Shown here: positions 1 through 12,330 of the stretch, in pieces
How positions within the stretch are numbered: the stretch's first letter is position 1
Layout: each line of letters opens with the position of its first letter
DNA from: Squalus acanthias
Lineage: Eukaryota
Length of the DNA: 64,000 nucleotides
Reading direction: 5' to 3'
Assembly: GCA_030390025.1 (NCBI GenBank)
Contig: CM059432.1
Location: 26,104,001-26,168,000, forward strand
Position numbers and translations under genes: made by a program
Notes under the pieces: generated by a model
The model's input: the letters and a program-made list of their open reading frames with translations, nothing else
What the model was told of the DNA's origin: nothing
Database searches by the model: none

Positions 1-146
1 CCCCTAGATCCCTTTGCACCTCTACCCATTTAGATTCTTATTTTCCAAGGAGTAGGTTGCCTCCTTATTCCTCCTACCAAAATGTACCACCTCACACTTA
101 TCTATATTGAAATTCATTTGTCATTTACATGCCCATTCTGCAAGTT
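1..146 (-). mobile_element. CR1 LINE ORF2 fragment (degenerate)
   Basis: Resembles the reverse complement of the 'FNIDKCEVVHFGRRN' region seen in the other CR1 copies. Confidence 0.6.
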
Positions 147-1147
147 TGTTTATGGTAGAATTAATCATGTACAAATTCTATTAAAAAAATACTTGTTAGA
201 AATGACTGTGATCTTAAAGAACTGCATAATAATGCATTAACACTTCAGAAACATCTCTCAGTTACAAGGGTTATGCATCGACAAACAATCCAAAAGCCCA
301 AGGGGAGCTGAAAGAAGCATATCTATTTGTGCAATTAGTATTAATTTTAAACTTTACAATGTATTAGCCCATCCCTCATGTCACTATAGCAATGGCTGCA
401 CAAGCAGCAGGAGCAGAGGCTTTCCTATGGCGCTGACGTGCTGTACGTCCACATAAGTAATTAGAATATTAATCACAATGCAACCAGACAACCAACAAAT
501 ATAAAATGCTGTAGTTCTTTAGTTAACAGTGTTAAAAAGAATTGAACAATTGAACAAGAACGGGTATCCATGTTTTCAACTTCAGTCACTTCCTTTAATA
601 AACGTGGGGGAAAAAAATTCATCCCCATAGCGCCTCCTGTTAGGGATGGGGCGCTAGAGCAGTATCACCAGGGCGAGGCGAATCCAGCACCACACGCCAA
701 ATCCGGCCCCACCGTAGTGCCGCCGGTAAGAGGTATCACCACGATCGTCAATGCCAGTGAGTCTGCAATGCTCACTGACTGCCCGATTTGCTAAATTGAT
801 TGTCGCCACCTACCTCAGCGCCTGGAGTAAACACCAATAGGGAGAGCTGGCATGCAGCACTAGGAAGCCTGCTCCAGGGACGTTATTTAAATGGATCATC
901 AGTAATCACTCGCAGCTGTCAGGTTCGTGCAGTTTCAGCGGTTTCTTGTCAATTTCACCCACTGCAACAGGTTAATTCAGTATTTTGAAGGTTCTTTTTG
1001 ATCAGGAGTCTTCTGGCAACTAAAAAGTAGTTAAATTTATTCTTCAAAGATTCAAACGGCTACACTTGGTGGTGGCTGTACTGGCATGCCACCTCGCCCT
1101 CCAGGATCTACAGCGGAGGGAGTGTAGGCAGCCAGAAATACAGGAAC

Positions 1148-1345
1148 ATGTGCCGCAGAGAGATGAGGAGGGACATCGGGGCTCTCAGCAGGAGGCCTTA
1201 CCCTCTGAGGGTATTCCGAGAGCACTTCTACTTTCAATTAAGCGAGGAGCAGTGTATTAGATGGCTCCGCCTCACCAAGAAGGTGGTCACAGAACTCTGC
1301 CACCTCCTCCAAACAGACCTCCAGCCTCACACTAGGATGACTTAA
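1148..1345 (+). pseudogene. Harbinger (HARBI1-like) transposase N-terminal fragment
   Basis: RRPYPLRVFREH..LSEEQCIRWLRLTKKVVTELCHLLQTDLQP is typical of Harbinger transposase N-termini. The DDE core is deleted. Confidence 0.7.
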
Positions 1346-1505
1346 AGCCCAGATCCCCTTTGCTCACCACATCCCCATCATTCCATCCCTCTTGCAGGCC
1401 GTATCACGCCGCAAAACTGAAATGACAGACACCACAAAAGAATGGTAAGTGAATTAATAAATTTATCAAAAATCAGTGAACACATATTTACAACAAAAAT
1501 ATTAA

Positions 1506-3410
1506 CTATTCACCCATGTGCAATCCCTTAGTGCCTCTCGTTACTGTGCCTTTGTCTACTCTAGTGATCCTACAAAATGTTGGCCCAGTGGCTGCAGCAC
1601 GGCTGGTGGAAGGCTGTTGAGTGTCCGTGCGAGAGACTTCAGATGGCCTTGCAGGACGTCCTCGACCAGTTCTGGACCTGGAAGGCCTGGCTGTAGGCTG
1701 CACCACCTCAGCATGGGCAGCAGCAGTCTGGGCTGGCTGGATGATAGGCAGTGACAAAGGCAATGGAGGAGTGGCAGTGGTGGGAGCAGGAACGCTGTCA
1801 TCCTGAGAGAGGACAGCAGGTTCCTGCTCCACTGACCCACTGCCACTCGCCCAGGGCAGCACCTCAGCATTCCTAGCAATCTGTTGGAGCACAGATTGCT
1901 GGCCTGCTGTGACACCGTAAAAGTCCCGGTCAACAGTGGTAGACCCAGCCACAATGACAGCAGTCAGCGCTTGCGTGGAATCACACTGAGACTGCGTGAG
2001 AGCAATCGGAGATTGGATGCCACCAAGCATAGGCTGCATTACAGCACAAAGTCGTTGCGTCGCTTCTGCCTGTGCTGCAATGTAAGCTGTCAGATCGCGC
2101 ATGACACGCGGCATCAGGTCTGGGCCGCCACAGTCTCTCTGGGAGTCTACCATACTTTGCAGACTGGAAATTATGGGCTCCATGGTGTGCGCAGAGCCTT
2201 GTGCAATGTTGGAGGTGGACTCCTCCACGCTCCTTACCATTGCCGAGACTCTCTCGGACACCCTTGCCATTGCACCTATCATCTCCGTGTGTATGCCCAT
2301 CACCCTTCTAAACGCCTCCCCATTGAGGTCCTCATTGAGTCCTGTGCAGCAAAGCTCATGCGCGAACTCACCCTCCAAGGAGCTGGCCCCCCGAGCTACC
2401 CTTTCCTCCTGGCCTTGCTGCAGCCCACTCGTCCCCGGTGTGTCACCCTGTGCAGCTCCCACTACTATACTAGCCTCTAAAGAATGCGTAGTGCCAGTAT
2501 CTGAGCTGGTGTCTGCGGGTGAGAGATGCAGTGATGCGGTGTGTGCTTCCTCCTCCTCTTCTCCCGCATCGCTCTCTACAGTGCCTTCAGGGACAGGCTG
2601 CTCAGGTGCTTGCTCATTATCAGAAAGCATAAAGGCACAAGAGTCGGGTTAAGGTGAGGGGAGGGGGGCAGGAAGGGATAAATGCATGCACGCAGCATGA
2701 TTAGCTGGAAAGTGCGAAACGCTTGTGGGGTGAGGGGGAAGTGGGATGTGAGAAGAAGGAGTAGGGATGAACATACCGTTGTTATCCCCAAGGGGGGTCA
2801 ACGTCTCTGGTGGCCACAGTGCCCACCACCTGGCGCTCAATGATCTGCAGCACTCGATTCTCCGGTACAGACAGTGGTTGGGTGTCGGCTTGTCCCCCGT
2901 CTGTGCGCTCCTGCTCCCTCCTGTTGTGGGCCACCTTGACCTGCAAGATAAAGGAAAGTGTGTGAGTGAGTGCGGAGCAATGTGTTTGGGTGATGTGCCT
3001 GTCATAGTTGAATAGCTGTCAGTGTGTGCAAGGCGTAAGATGTGGGTGTGAGTGTTGGTAGATAGAGATTGTTGGTGGGTGAGTGCTGGGAATGTGATGC
3101 TTTGGGCAGTGTGTGAAGATTGTGGTTCAGATGGTGGTATGTAGCATTTGGTGAAGCCTTCACTCACCCTGACCACCCAAGTGAGGCTGTTACATTTCTT
3201 CCTGCACTGTGTGTGAGTCCTGGAGACCACACTGCTGCCAGAGATGTGCTGCACTACCTCTCTCCTCATGGTACAGAAGACTTGTGGTGAGGGCCTCCTG
3301 CCACTTGCCGGGTAGAGCACCTCCCTCCATCTCTTCACAGCGAAAACCAATGCCTCCAATGCTTCATCAGAGAATCTGCGGGCTCTCTCCCTGGGGCGTG
3401 GATCTGCCAT
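1506..3410 (-). pseudogene. Harbinger Myb/SANT-like DNA-binding gene, three exons (3168-3410, 2777-2940, 1506-2620), disabled
   Basis: Exon 1: MADPRPRERARRFSDEALEALV...RTHTQCRKKCNSL with GTGAGT donor. Exon 2: VKVAHNRREQERTDGGQ with AG acceptor and GTATGT donor, plus a 1-nt frameshift in the G6 run at 2792-2797. Exon 3 is an acidic/coiled-coil ORF whose acceptor appears mutated (ctttCTG). Confidence 0.75.
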
Positions 3411-4182
3411 TTGTACAGCTGCTTCAGTCCTCCGGTTCCTTGTCCTGCTTCTGCTTCCTGAGGCAGCTGCGCACAATGCTGAGAATGAGGTGCTGCAGCA
3501 TCAATGAACCTCCCCTTTAAGTAATGAAAAAAGCCTGTGGCAATCATGACTTATGATTAGACTGCACTTGCTATTGGTCCACCCTTTAAGTCTAACACCA
3601 ATGAGCTTGGGTTTTAAGACTTGATTTAGGACTCCAATCATTTTATTGAGCAGTGAGCACGAATTTTGCATGCAGTCTAAAGCATTTGCGCCTGGCGCTA
3701 ATTCTCCAACTTTTCTACTGACACCGCCCATTCCTTGGCTATAACACATTTTTTCTAGCCCGTGGTCTTCTTAAAGCAGCACACTCCCCATGTAATATGT
3801 CAGAAATGTAACACTTCTTCACAAGTACAGAAAAACAAAAAGCAGGAAAAGCTATGATTTAACAAAAATAAACATTCATCTTTCTTCCAGGATAGGAGAA
3901 CCAATCAGACTGACTTGGAAATGTTTACTAATATGGTGACATAAAGATGCTAATTTATGAATTTTGCTTCTAATTTTTTTCTCGCAAACATTCTTACTAA
4001 TCCCTGCTCTTATCACGAAAAGCGTTGCATTATTTTAGGTACTTCGTAATTAAATAGTGGGAACCAAAGTTCATTGTACTCTCAATTTTTAATCTCCTAT
4101 TTCAAACATTTATACCAAATCGAAATTGTACATTATCAATTTAATCGAAGTATAATCAAAGTATTTCTTCAGTAGAATACAT

Positions 4183-5458
4183 AGACAGGCTGGTGGAATG
4201 GGCGGACACGTGGCAGATGAAATTTAACGCAGAAAAGTGCAAAGTGATACATTTTTGTAGGAAGACCGAGGAGAGGCAATATAAACTAAAGGTACAACTC
4301 TAAAGGGTTTGCATGAACAGAGAGACTTGGGGGTATATGTGCACAAATTGTTGAAGGTGGCAGGCAGGTTGAGATAGAGGTTAAAAAAAGCATATGGGAT
4401 CCTGAGTTTCATAATTAGAGGCATAGGGCTGGATTTTACTTACCGAGACGAGTTGGGGGCGGGACTGCTGCCTTCTGGGTTCTAGTCCCGCCCCCCAGGG
4501 ACGTCCGACGCACAGACGCTATTTTCCCCTGATTGGTCTTGTTAAGCCCGCCCTGCTGACTAATTAAGGGAAAGCCGGTGTCTGATGACGTCAGTTGATT
4601 ACGCTTCATCTGCCGGTTTTCTTAAAAGGGACATGAAACATTTATTTTTGACAGATGATTTGACAGTGTTTGACAGCATTGAGGTGCTGTCAAACACTGA
4701 CAATCACTGTACAAAGGTGAGCCCTTGCACCTAGGCTCTCCAATGACTCTCTCCTTCGGATAAAACAGATGGCAGCTGCAGGTGAGGGTACAGAAGCGAT
4801 CTGTCACGTCTCCCAATGAGGTGAGGCCACACAAACACTTCAAAGCTTGTCACCTACAGAAAAATCTAAACACATTAAAAATGACTTTCCCAACATTTCC
4901 TTACCTCTTATACTCACCAGTGTCCCATTGCATCCTTCACACCACTCCTGCAGCTGTCATCTATACACAAACATTACAACAGACCCACAGCATGCCTCAC
5001 TTATCCTGGCGGGGTTTACCGACGTCGGGAAGCCCGCAGCAGAAGTTGCAAAATGGGAAAAAGCCTCTTAACTGCCTGTTAACAGGCAGTTAAGTGGCTA
5101 TAATCCTCTTCCTGCCACTAGGAGTCGGGTCCCTGCGCAAATTGGGGACCTGACCCCCGGGAAGATTGGTTGGAGGCGGGTTGGGAGCGGGTTGGGGACA
5201 CGCTTCCATTCTTATTGATTTTCCCAGCAGTCCCGCCTCCAACCCTGCCTCCTCAGGGCTGGTAAAATCCAGCCTATAGAGTACAAAAGCAAGGAAGTTA
5301 TGAACCACCTTTATAAAATACTGGTTCGGCCTCAACTGGAGTATTGTGTCCAATTCTGGGCACCGCACTTTAGGAAGGATGTGACGGCCTTAGAGAGGGT
5401 GCAGAAAAGATTTACAAGAATGGTTCCAGGGATGAGGAACTTCAGTTATGTGGGTAGA
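4183..5458 (+). mobile_element. CR1 LINE RT C-terminal fragment, split by a MITE
   Basis: Encodes 'LYKILVRPQLEYCVQFWAPH'. Removing the MITE restores ggcATAgagtacaaaagc. Confidence 0.85.
4426..5275 (-). mobile_element. Harbinger-type MITE (family A, reverse orientation)
   Basis: TIR gggctggattttac / gtaaaatccagcct. 3-bp TSD ATA at 4423-4425 and 5276-5278. Confidence 0.88.
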
Positions 5459-6504
5459 CATTTATATTATTCCTGGGACTTGTTCGGACAATAGAACGAC
5501 AGACAAAATAAAATGGTTTGTGTTTTTCCCCTTTCTTGGTTCTCTTCCTAAACGTCTTAATGATATATTTTTTTTAAAGTCAATAAAACGTAATATGTAA
5601 CTCCTACAAATCCTCCCCTGCCCTCCCCCTCCTCAACAGCATGGTTGCATGTTTGTGCAAAGCTACTCACTTTAGTCAATCATTGAAAATCAAATATTGA
5701 GAAATTTCCATTTAAAAACATTTTAAGCAATTCGGAGCTTCTTTAAAAGCGTTTGGACTTCAAGACCTGGTTGAAACTTGTTTAGATGAGGGGAAAATTG
5801 ATTTTAGCTCGTATCTTCCAAAATTAGGGGGGGGGGGGGGGGGGGGAAGAAAAAGTGTTTTTAACACTCATTTTTAGTGAAAAGTTCATTAAAAATCTTT
5901 AAATTCTTTCAAGTCTCATTGCAGCTTTGACAGAAGAAGTTGCTCCAAGGTTTTCTTTCCCTCTTCAATGCTGTCGTTAAACGTACAACAAAAAATAATA
6001 AAATAAACTCCAATTCCAAACAGAGCTCAAATAAGAAAGTGAATAAAGTGGTTAAACTTCCTTAGAAGGCGGTGAGGTTATCTATCCCTAGCCTTGGCGA
6101 TGAGTTGGGATCAGTTTTGGAGAAGTTGTTTCCTTTTTTTCTGATGCCGTTCCCTCCGTCGCTCACAGACTGAGGTACAAACGGGGGCACAAACTTTTTA
6201 CCCTCTCATAACATGATTTAAATAACCCTAATAAATTAAAAGGGGACATGTGGCAAAATTTAACTGGAACTTACTGTGGGACATTCAGCATCACTTTCTC
6301 GTATTTTTTTCCCGCTTTAAACAATTTTTCGAATTAAAAAAAAAAATTTCACCGCGGGCCTAAAAATTGTTTGCTTTCGCCTCCTTCCAGCGGCCATTGT
6401 AAATGTGCTGTGCCTCCATCTGTGTTGTTCCAAAGTGCGGCCGCTGCTCAGTCCCCGGGAACGGACTACACGCGCCCGCCTGAACTCACTCTCTCTCTCT
6501 CTCT

Positions 6505-6960
6505 GCTCAGTGGGTAGCACGCTCGCCTCTGAGTCAGATGGTTGAGGGTTCAAATCCCACTCCAGAGACTTGACCACAAAAATCTAGGCCGACACTCCAG
6601 TGCAGCACTGAGTGAGTGCTGCACTGTCGGAGGTGCCGTCTTTCGATTGAGACATTAAACCGAGGCCCTGTCTGCTCAGGGGGATGTAAAAGATCCCATG
6701 GCACTATTTCAAAGAAGAGCAGGGGAGTTATTCCCAGTCTCCTGGCCAATATTTATCTCTCAATCAACATCACTAAAACAGGTTATTTGGTCATTATCAC
6801 ATTGCTGTTTGTGGGAGATTGCTGTGTGCAAATTGACTGCCACGTTTCCTACACTGTGACTACACTGGAAAAGAAAAGTACTTAATTGGCTGTAAAGCAC
6901 TTTGGGACATCTGGTGGTCGTGAAAAGCGCTATATAAATACAAGTCTTTCTTTCTTTTCT
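6505..6960 (+). mobile_element. tRNA-derived SINE with L2-type tail (DeuSINE/SacSINE1-like)
   Basis: A-box-like gctcagtggg, B-box ggttcaaatcc, 3' end aaagcgctatataaatacaag(tctt)n resembling the L2 3' end at about 8555-8590. Confidence 0.75.
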
Positions 6961-7517
6961 TTCTGTCTGTCTCTGTCCCTGTCTCTCTCTGCAAAGAACA
7001 TCGGAGCAAAAGGAGAAGCAGAATCAGTGACGATTCAGGAGACAGCTTTCCTCCCATTTTAAAAAAATATTTGAAATCCTATCAATGTTGATAAATGAGT
7101 AGAATTCTTTCCCTCTATGGGGAAACACTTCTTGACAAGGCTTTCCTATTCGTGCTCTTGTGATAATGAAGGTGCTCATATCAGACACCAGCTCCACTAA
7201 CCTGTTCGCAATTAATTGAATGCCCTTAGGGTCCCAGCTCAGTGTAATCCTGAGCGATAACTGCCTGCAGGTTTTAGAAGAGACAATTAAATGAGGCCCT
7301 ATTGGTGGATGCTAAAATACTTTTTTTTTACTGCTTTGTAAGAAGCGCAGGGAATTCCTCTCCCCCCAGTCTCTCTCTCTCCCCCCCGTCTCTCTCTCCC
7401 CACGTCTCTCTCACCCTCCCCAAAGTCTCTCTCACCCTCCCCAATCTATCTTTCTCTCTCTCCCCCCAGTCTCTCTCTCCCCCCTTCTCTCTCTCCCCCC
7501 TTCTCTCTCCCCGCCCC

Positions 7518-8590
7518 CCAAGGATCTATCCTTGGCCCCCTCCTATTTCACATCTACATGTTGCCCGTTGGTGACATCATCCGAAAACACAGCGCAGTTT
7601 CCACATGTACGCTGACGACACCCAGCTCTACCTCACTACTTCTTCTCTCGACCCCTCCGCGGTATCTAAATTGTCAAGACTGCTTCTCCGACATACAGTT
7701 CTGGATGAGCAAAAATTTTCTCCAATTAAATATTGGGAAGACCAAAGCCATTGTTTTCGGTCCCCGCCACAAACTCCGTTCCCTAGCCACTGACTCCATC
7801 CCTCTCCCTAACATCTGTCTGAGGCTGAACCACACTGTTCGCAACCTTGGTGTCATATTTGACCCTGAAATGAGCTTCCGACCACATATCCGCAGCATAA
7901 CAAAGACCGCCTACTTCCACCTCCGTAACATCGCCCGTCTCCGCCCTTGCCTCAGCTCATCCGCTGCTGAAACCCGCATCCATGCCTTTGTTACCTCTAG
8001 ACTTGACTATTCCAATGCACTCCTGGCTGGCCTCCCACATTCCACCATACGTAAACTTGAGGTCATCCAAAACTCGGCTGCCCCTGTCCTAACTCGCACT
8101 AAGTCCCGTTCGCCCATCACTCCTGTGCTCGCTGACCTATATTGGCTCCCGGCTAAGCAGCGCCTCGATTTCAAAATTCTCATCCTTGTTTTCAAATCCC
8201 TCCATGGCCTCGCCCCTTCCTATCTCTGTAATCTCCTTCAGCCCCACAACCCGCCCCCACCTCCCCCCCGAGATATCTGCGCTCCTCCAATTCTGCCCTC
8301 TTGAGGATCCCTGATTATAATCGCTCAAGCTTTGGTGGCCGTGCCTTCTGTTGCCTAGGCCCTAAGCTCTGAAATTCCCTGCCTTAACCTGTCCGCCTCG
8401 CTACCTCTCTTTCCTCCTTTAAGACGCTCCTTAAAACCTACCTCTTTGACCAAGCTTTTGGTCACCTGCCCTAATTTATCCTTATGTGGATCGGTGTCAA
8501 ATTTTGTGTCTTAAAATACTCCTGTGCAGCGCCTTAGGACGTTTTACTATGTTAAAGGTGCTATATAAATAAAAGTAGTTGTTGTTGTTG
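7518..8590 (+). mobile_element. L2-clade LINE 3' fragment
   Basis: YADDTQLY motif, 'HAFVTSRLDYSNALL', (gtt)n tail. Confidence 0.88.
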
Positions 8591-9495
8591 TCTCTCTCTC
8601 TCCCCCCCTCCCCCCAGTCTCTCTCTCCCCGTCTCTCTCTCTCTCCTCCCGTCTTTGTCTCCCTCTCCCAGTCTCTCTCTCCTCCAGTGTCTTTCTCTCC
8701 CCAGTCTTTCTCTTTCCGTCTCTCTCTCTCTCCCCCAGTCTCTCTCGCTCCCCAGTTTCTCTGCCTCTCTCTCCCCCAAGTCTCTCACTCTCTCCCCCAA
8801 GTCTCTCACTCTCTCTCTCCCCCAAGTCTCTCACTCTCTCTCCCCCAAGTCTCGCTCCCCAGTCTCTCTCTCGCTCTTTCCCCCATTGCGCTCCCTCTCT
8901 CCCCAGTCTCTCGCTCCCTCTCTCCCCAGTCTCTCTCTCCCTCTCTCCCTCTCTCCCCAGTCTCTCTCTCCCTCTCCCCAGTCTCTCTCTCCCTCTCTCC
9001 CCAGTCTCTCTCTCCCTCTCTCCCCAGTCTCTCTCTCCCTCTCTCCCCAGTCTCTCTCTCCCTCTCTCCCCAGTCTCTCTCTCCCTCTCTCCCCAGTCTC
9101 TCTCTCCCTCTCTCCCCAGTCTCTCTCTCTCCCTCTCTCCCCAGTCTCTCTCTCCCCAGTCTCTCTCTCCCTCTCTCCCCAGTCTCTCTCTCCCTCTCTC
9201 CCCAGTCTCTCTCTCCCTCTCTCCCCAGTCTCTCTCTCCCTCTCTCCCCAGTCTCTCTCTCCCTCTCTCCCCAGTCTCTCTCTCCCTCTCTCCCCAGTCT
9301 CTCTCTCCCTCTCTCCCCAGTCTCTCTCTCCCCAGTCTCTCTCTCCCTCTCTCCCCAGTCTCTCTCTCTCCCTCTCTCCCCAGTCTCTCTCTCTCCCTCT
9401 CTCCCCAGTCTCTCTCTCTCCCTCTCTCCCCAGTCTCTCTCTCTCCCTCTCTCCCCAGTCTCTCTCTCTCCCTCTCTCCCCAGTCTCTCTCTCCC
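8591..9495. repeat. CT-rich minisatellite, unit about ccagtctctctctccctctctcc (about 23-25 bp)
   Basis: Direct reading. A similar tract at about 7358-7515 lies on the other side of the L2. Confidence 0.95.
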
Positions 9496-9867
9496 CTTTC
9501 GATCCTCTCTTCGCCCCCAGCCACCAACAGATCCAGTTCTCCCACAGAGCTGAAGACAATGTGGCCACGCTGTAAGGCCGCAACTGTTTTAATGCGCATG
9601 CGCGGCCTCAGTAAACAGCCTGCATGCGCAGAAGGGGATCGGGTGCGCATGCACAGCTCTGGGACACCGCGCGCATGCGCAGAAAGCCGCAAAAATGGTC
9701 GTATGGATAATCACAGTGTTCACATTCAGTACTTCAGGGCCAGGCATGTAGCAGGCATGCGTCGAAATCTGTTCCAGCGCGCAGTCGCCGAAGCCCGCTT
9801 CTGAGTGCCTAAAGAACGAGCCTATAGGACGCGATTAAAAAGAGTGCCTGTGCGCTGGAGCCTGCTT

Positions 9868-11035
9868 GTACCATTTAGTTTTTATTGTCTCTCCTCATTC
9901 TTCCTTCCAAAATCCATCACTTCACACTTCTGTACATTAAATTTCATCTGTCATGTGTCTGACCATGTCCTCCTGAACTCTGCTACTATCCTCCTCTCTC
10001 TTCACTACATTTCCGGGTTTTGTGTCGTCAGTAAACTTTGAAATTATGCCCTGTATAGATAAGTCCAGGTCATTAATATATATCAAAAAGAACAGTGGTT
10101 CAAATACCGAACCATACAGGATGCCACTGAACTTCCCTCCAGTCTGAAATACAACTGTTCATCACTATGTGCTTACGTCTCATTCCTTCAAAGTTAAATT
10201 AAAGGTTGTGTGTGATCTTTCTCCTTCTCAAACTTAATGTCAAACTCTACCATGTTATAGTCACTGTTTGCAAGATGCTTCCTTACAGTCAGATTATTCA
10301 TTAATTCTGGCTCGTTACTCATTACTAAATCTAGTATGGCATGTTCCCATGTCACTTCTAAAACATATTGAGGGGAAAATGGAGTTGCGCCCCTTTTGGG
10401 GCGCTAACTTCGCCGGGGCACTACTTTTAACCCCCTGAAAAAATTAGCGCCACCGCGGCCAAAATTCATCGGTAGTGCCCCAAGAGGGAAGCGCCCCCAA
10501 CTCCTCTCGGTACTTTATCAAACGCCTTTTGAAAGTCCATATACACAACTTCAACTGCACTGCCCTCATCCACCCTCTCGGTTACCTCATCAAAAAACTC
10601 ATTTAAGTTAGTCAAACATGATTTGCCCTTAACAAATCCATGCTGTCTCTGCTTTATTAGTCCATACTTATCAAAGTGCCTGTTAATTTTCTCCCGGATT
10701 ACTGTTTCTAAAAGCTTCCCACCACCAACATTAAACTGACTGGCCTGTAATTGCCAGTTTTATCCCTCTCCCTTTTTTGAACAAGGGTGTAACATTTGCA
10801 ATCCTGCAGTCCTCTGGTACCACCACTGTGCCTGAGGAGGATTGGAAGATTGTGCCCAGCACCTCCATAATTTCTACCCTTACTTCCCTCAGCAACCTAG
10901 GATGCATCCCATCCGGACCGAGTGACTTATTCACTTTAAGTACTGCCAGTCTTGCTAATATCTCCTCTTTTTATCTCATCCAGTATTCAGACAACCTCCT
11001 TGTTTACCGTAGCTTTGGTAAAGTCCTCTTCCTTG
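9868..11035 (-). mobile_element. Composite of CR1 fragments, with a GC-rich MITE-end fragment at about 10371-10505
   Basis: 'KSLGPDGMHPRLLREV...NVTPLFKKG' and related RT motifs. Confidence 0.7.
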
Positions 11036-11482
11036 GTAAGAATTGTCTGAAAAACTTCCCAAAAATTCCTTCATAGTCAATATCTTAAGATCTTGGTTGA
11101 TAATTTAAACTTTCAAAGCTCAATTTCACGCCATGTATCATGTTATATTTATTCAGTTCCATCTCCTTCACAATAATCATGCAGAATCTTATTGACCAGT
11201 AGAAAAAAAATATTGAATACAAACTGAGATGACCCTATTTTAGGGGCACAAATCAACTTATCTTATATTATATGCACTATTTCAGTTTGATAAATTCATG
11301 GTTAAAATACAGCTTTTACATTCAAAATTTCATTTTAGATCTTTTAACTTGTTCTTGCAATTAGATGAGGAAAACATTTAACTACAGCAATGGCAAGGGA
11401 TCAAATCAGGACTGCCCTGGTCTGTACAGATCAGTACCACACCACAGCCTGCATTTAGCCATTGGAGGAGCTCCAGCTTGTG

Positions 11483-12330
11483 AGTACTCTCACTCTTTGG
11501 GGGGAATTTTAACTTTTGGATCAGGATTGGCTTCCAGTCAGCCGGGGAACGCTGGAGAAGAGGCCGCAGCCCCAGGTACATCCGATCCCTGAGGGAGGTG
11601 GTGGGGGAGGGGGGGGGGGGGGAGATCTGGGAGGAAACACTCCTGCTCCTCCTGGCCCACAAGGAGTGCTCCCCGAGGCTGTCCTCGCCTTGCTGTAGCT
11701 GCTGGGATTTCCGAGGCCTGGGAACACCAGCCGGCCACAGTTTAACTTGAAAAGCAGGTTAAATCCGAGGCTTCCAGCCTCATTATCATATTTAAAGTGT
11801 CAAAACGCCTCCTGGGAGCAAGTTGGTTGCCTCCCCCCCACCCTGTTCCGCCTCCATTAAAACCGGAAGTGAACTGGTTGGGGTTGGGATTCAGATTTTT
11901 AACATTTTAACCTCCCGTCCATCTCAAACCCGCCCATTTTCTGGAGTTAAAATTCCCCCCTTTGAGTCAGAAGTAGATTCAAGCCCCATGACAGACATAA
12001 TCTAGGATGACATTTCAATGCAATATTAAGGCAGCTGGGCTTGTTGGAGGTGCCAATTTTTCAGGTGAGAAATTAAACCAAGGCCTGCTCAGGTGGACGA
12101 AGAGTAGGAAATTCTCCCCATATCCTAGCTAATACTACTTCTTCAGCCATCATCACAAATTAAAAACATTCAATTTGCTGTTGTGGGATCTAGTTGTGCA
12201 CAAATTGGCTGTTGTTTTTACCTAATAAACAATGACTGTACTTTAAAAGTAACCCATTAGTTGCCAAGTGGTTTGGGAAGTCCTGAGAGCACATTAGGGC
12301 ACTATATAAATCTAAATTCTTTCTTTCTTT
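11483..12330 (+). mobile_element. Degenerate DeuSINE-like SINE interrupted by a MITE
   Basis: 'actctcactc|tttgagtcagaag..attcaagccc' and the 3' 'gggcactatataaatctaaa(ttct)n' parallel the SINE at 6505. Confidence 0.65.
11499..11960. mobile_element. Short Harbinger-type MITE
   Basis: TIR ggggggaattttaact / agttaaaattcccccc. TSD TTT at 11496-11498 and 11961-11963. Confidence 0.88.

Larger units (their letters stand above)
607..3761. mobile_element. Decayed PIF/Harbinger DNA transposon with convergent transposase remnant (+) and Myb/SANT-like gene (-)
   Basis: Contains both Harbinger gene types. Imperfect ends ggggaaaaaaat / attttttctagccc, flanked by GTG on both sides (604-606, 3762-3764). Boundaries tentative. 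Confidence 0.7.

Noticed and set aside
1884..2652. Plus-strand ORFs of 183-198 aa
   Set aside because: Antisense shadows of the Harbinger Myb-like exon, with no recognisable motifs.
6505..6565. tRNA gene
   Set aside because: The A/B boxes continue into a SINE body and L2-like tail; no complete cloverleaf.
8591..9495. Regular repeats as a possible CRISPR array
   Set aside because: No unique spacers, low-complexity units and a eukaryotic context.
8547..9692. Long ORFs of 250-381 aa (ER/G-rich or SLSP-rich)
   Set aside because: They are translations of the CT minisatellite, not genes.
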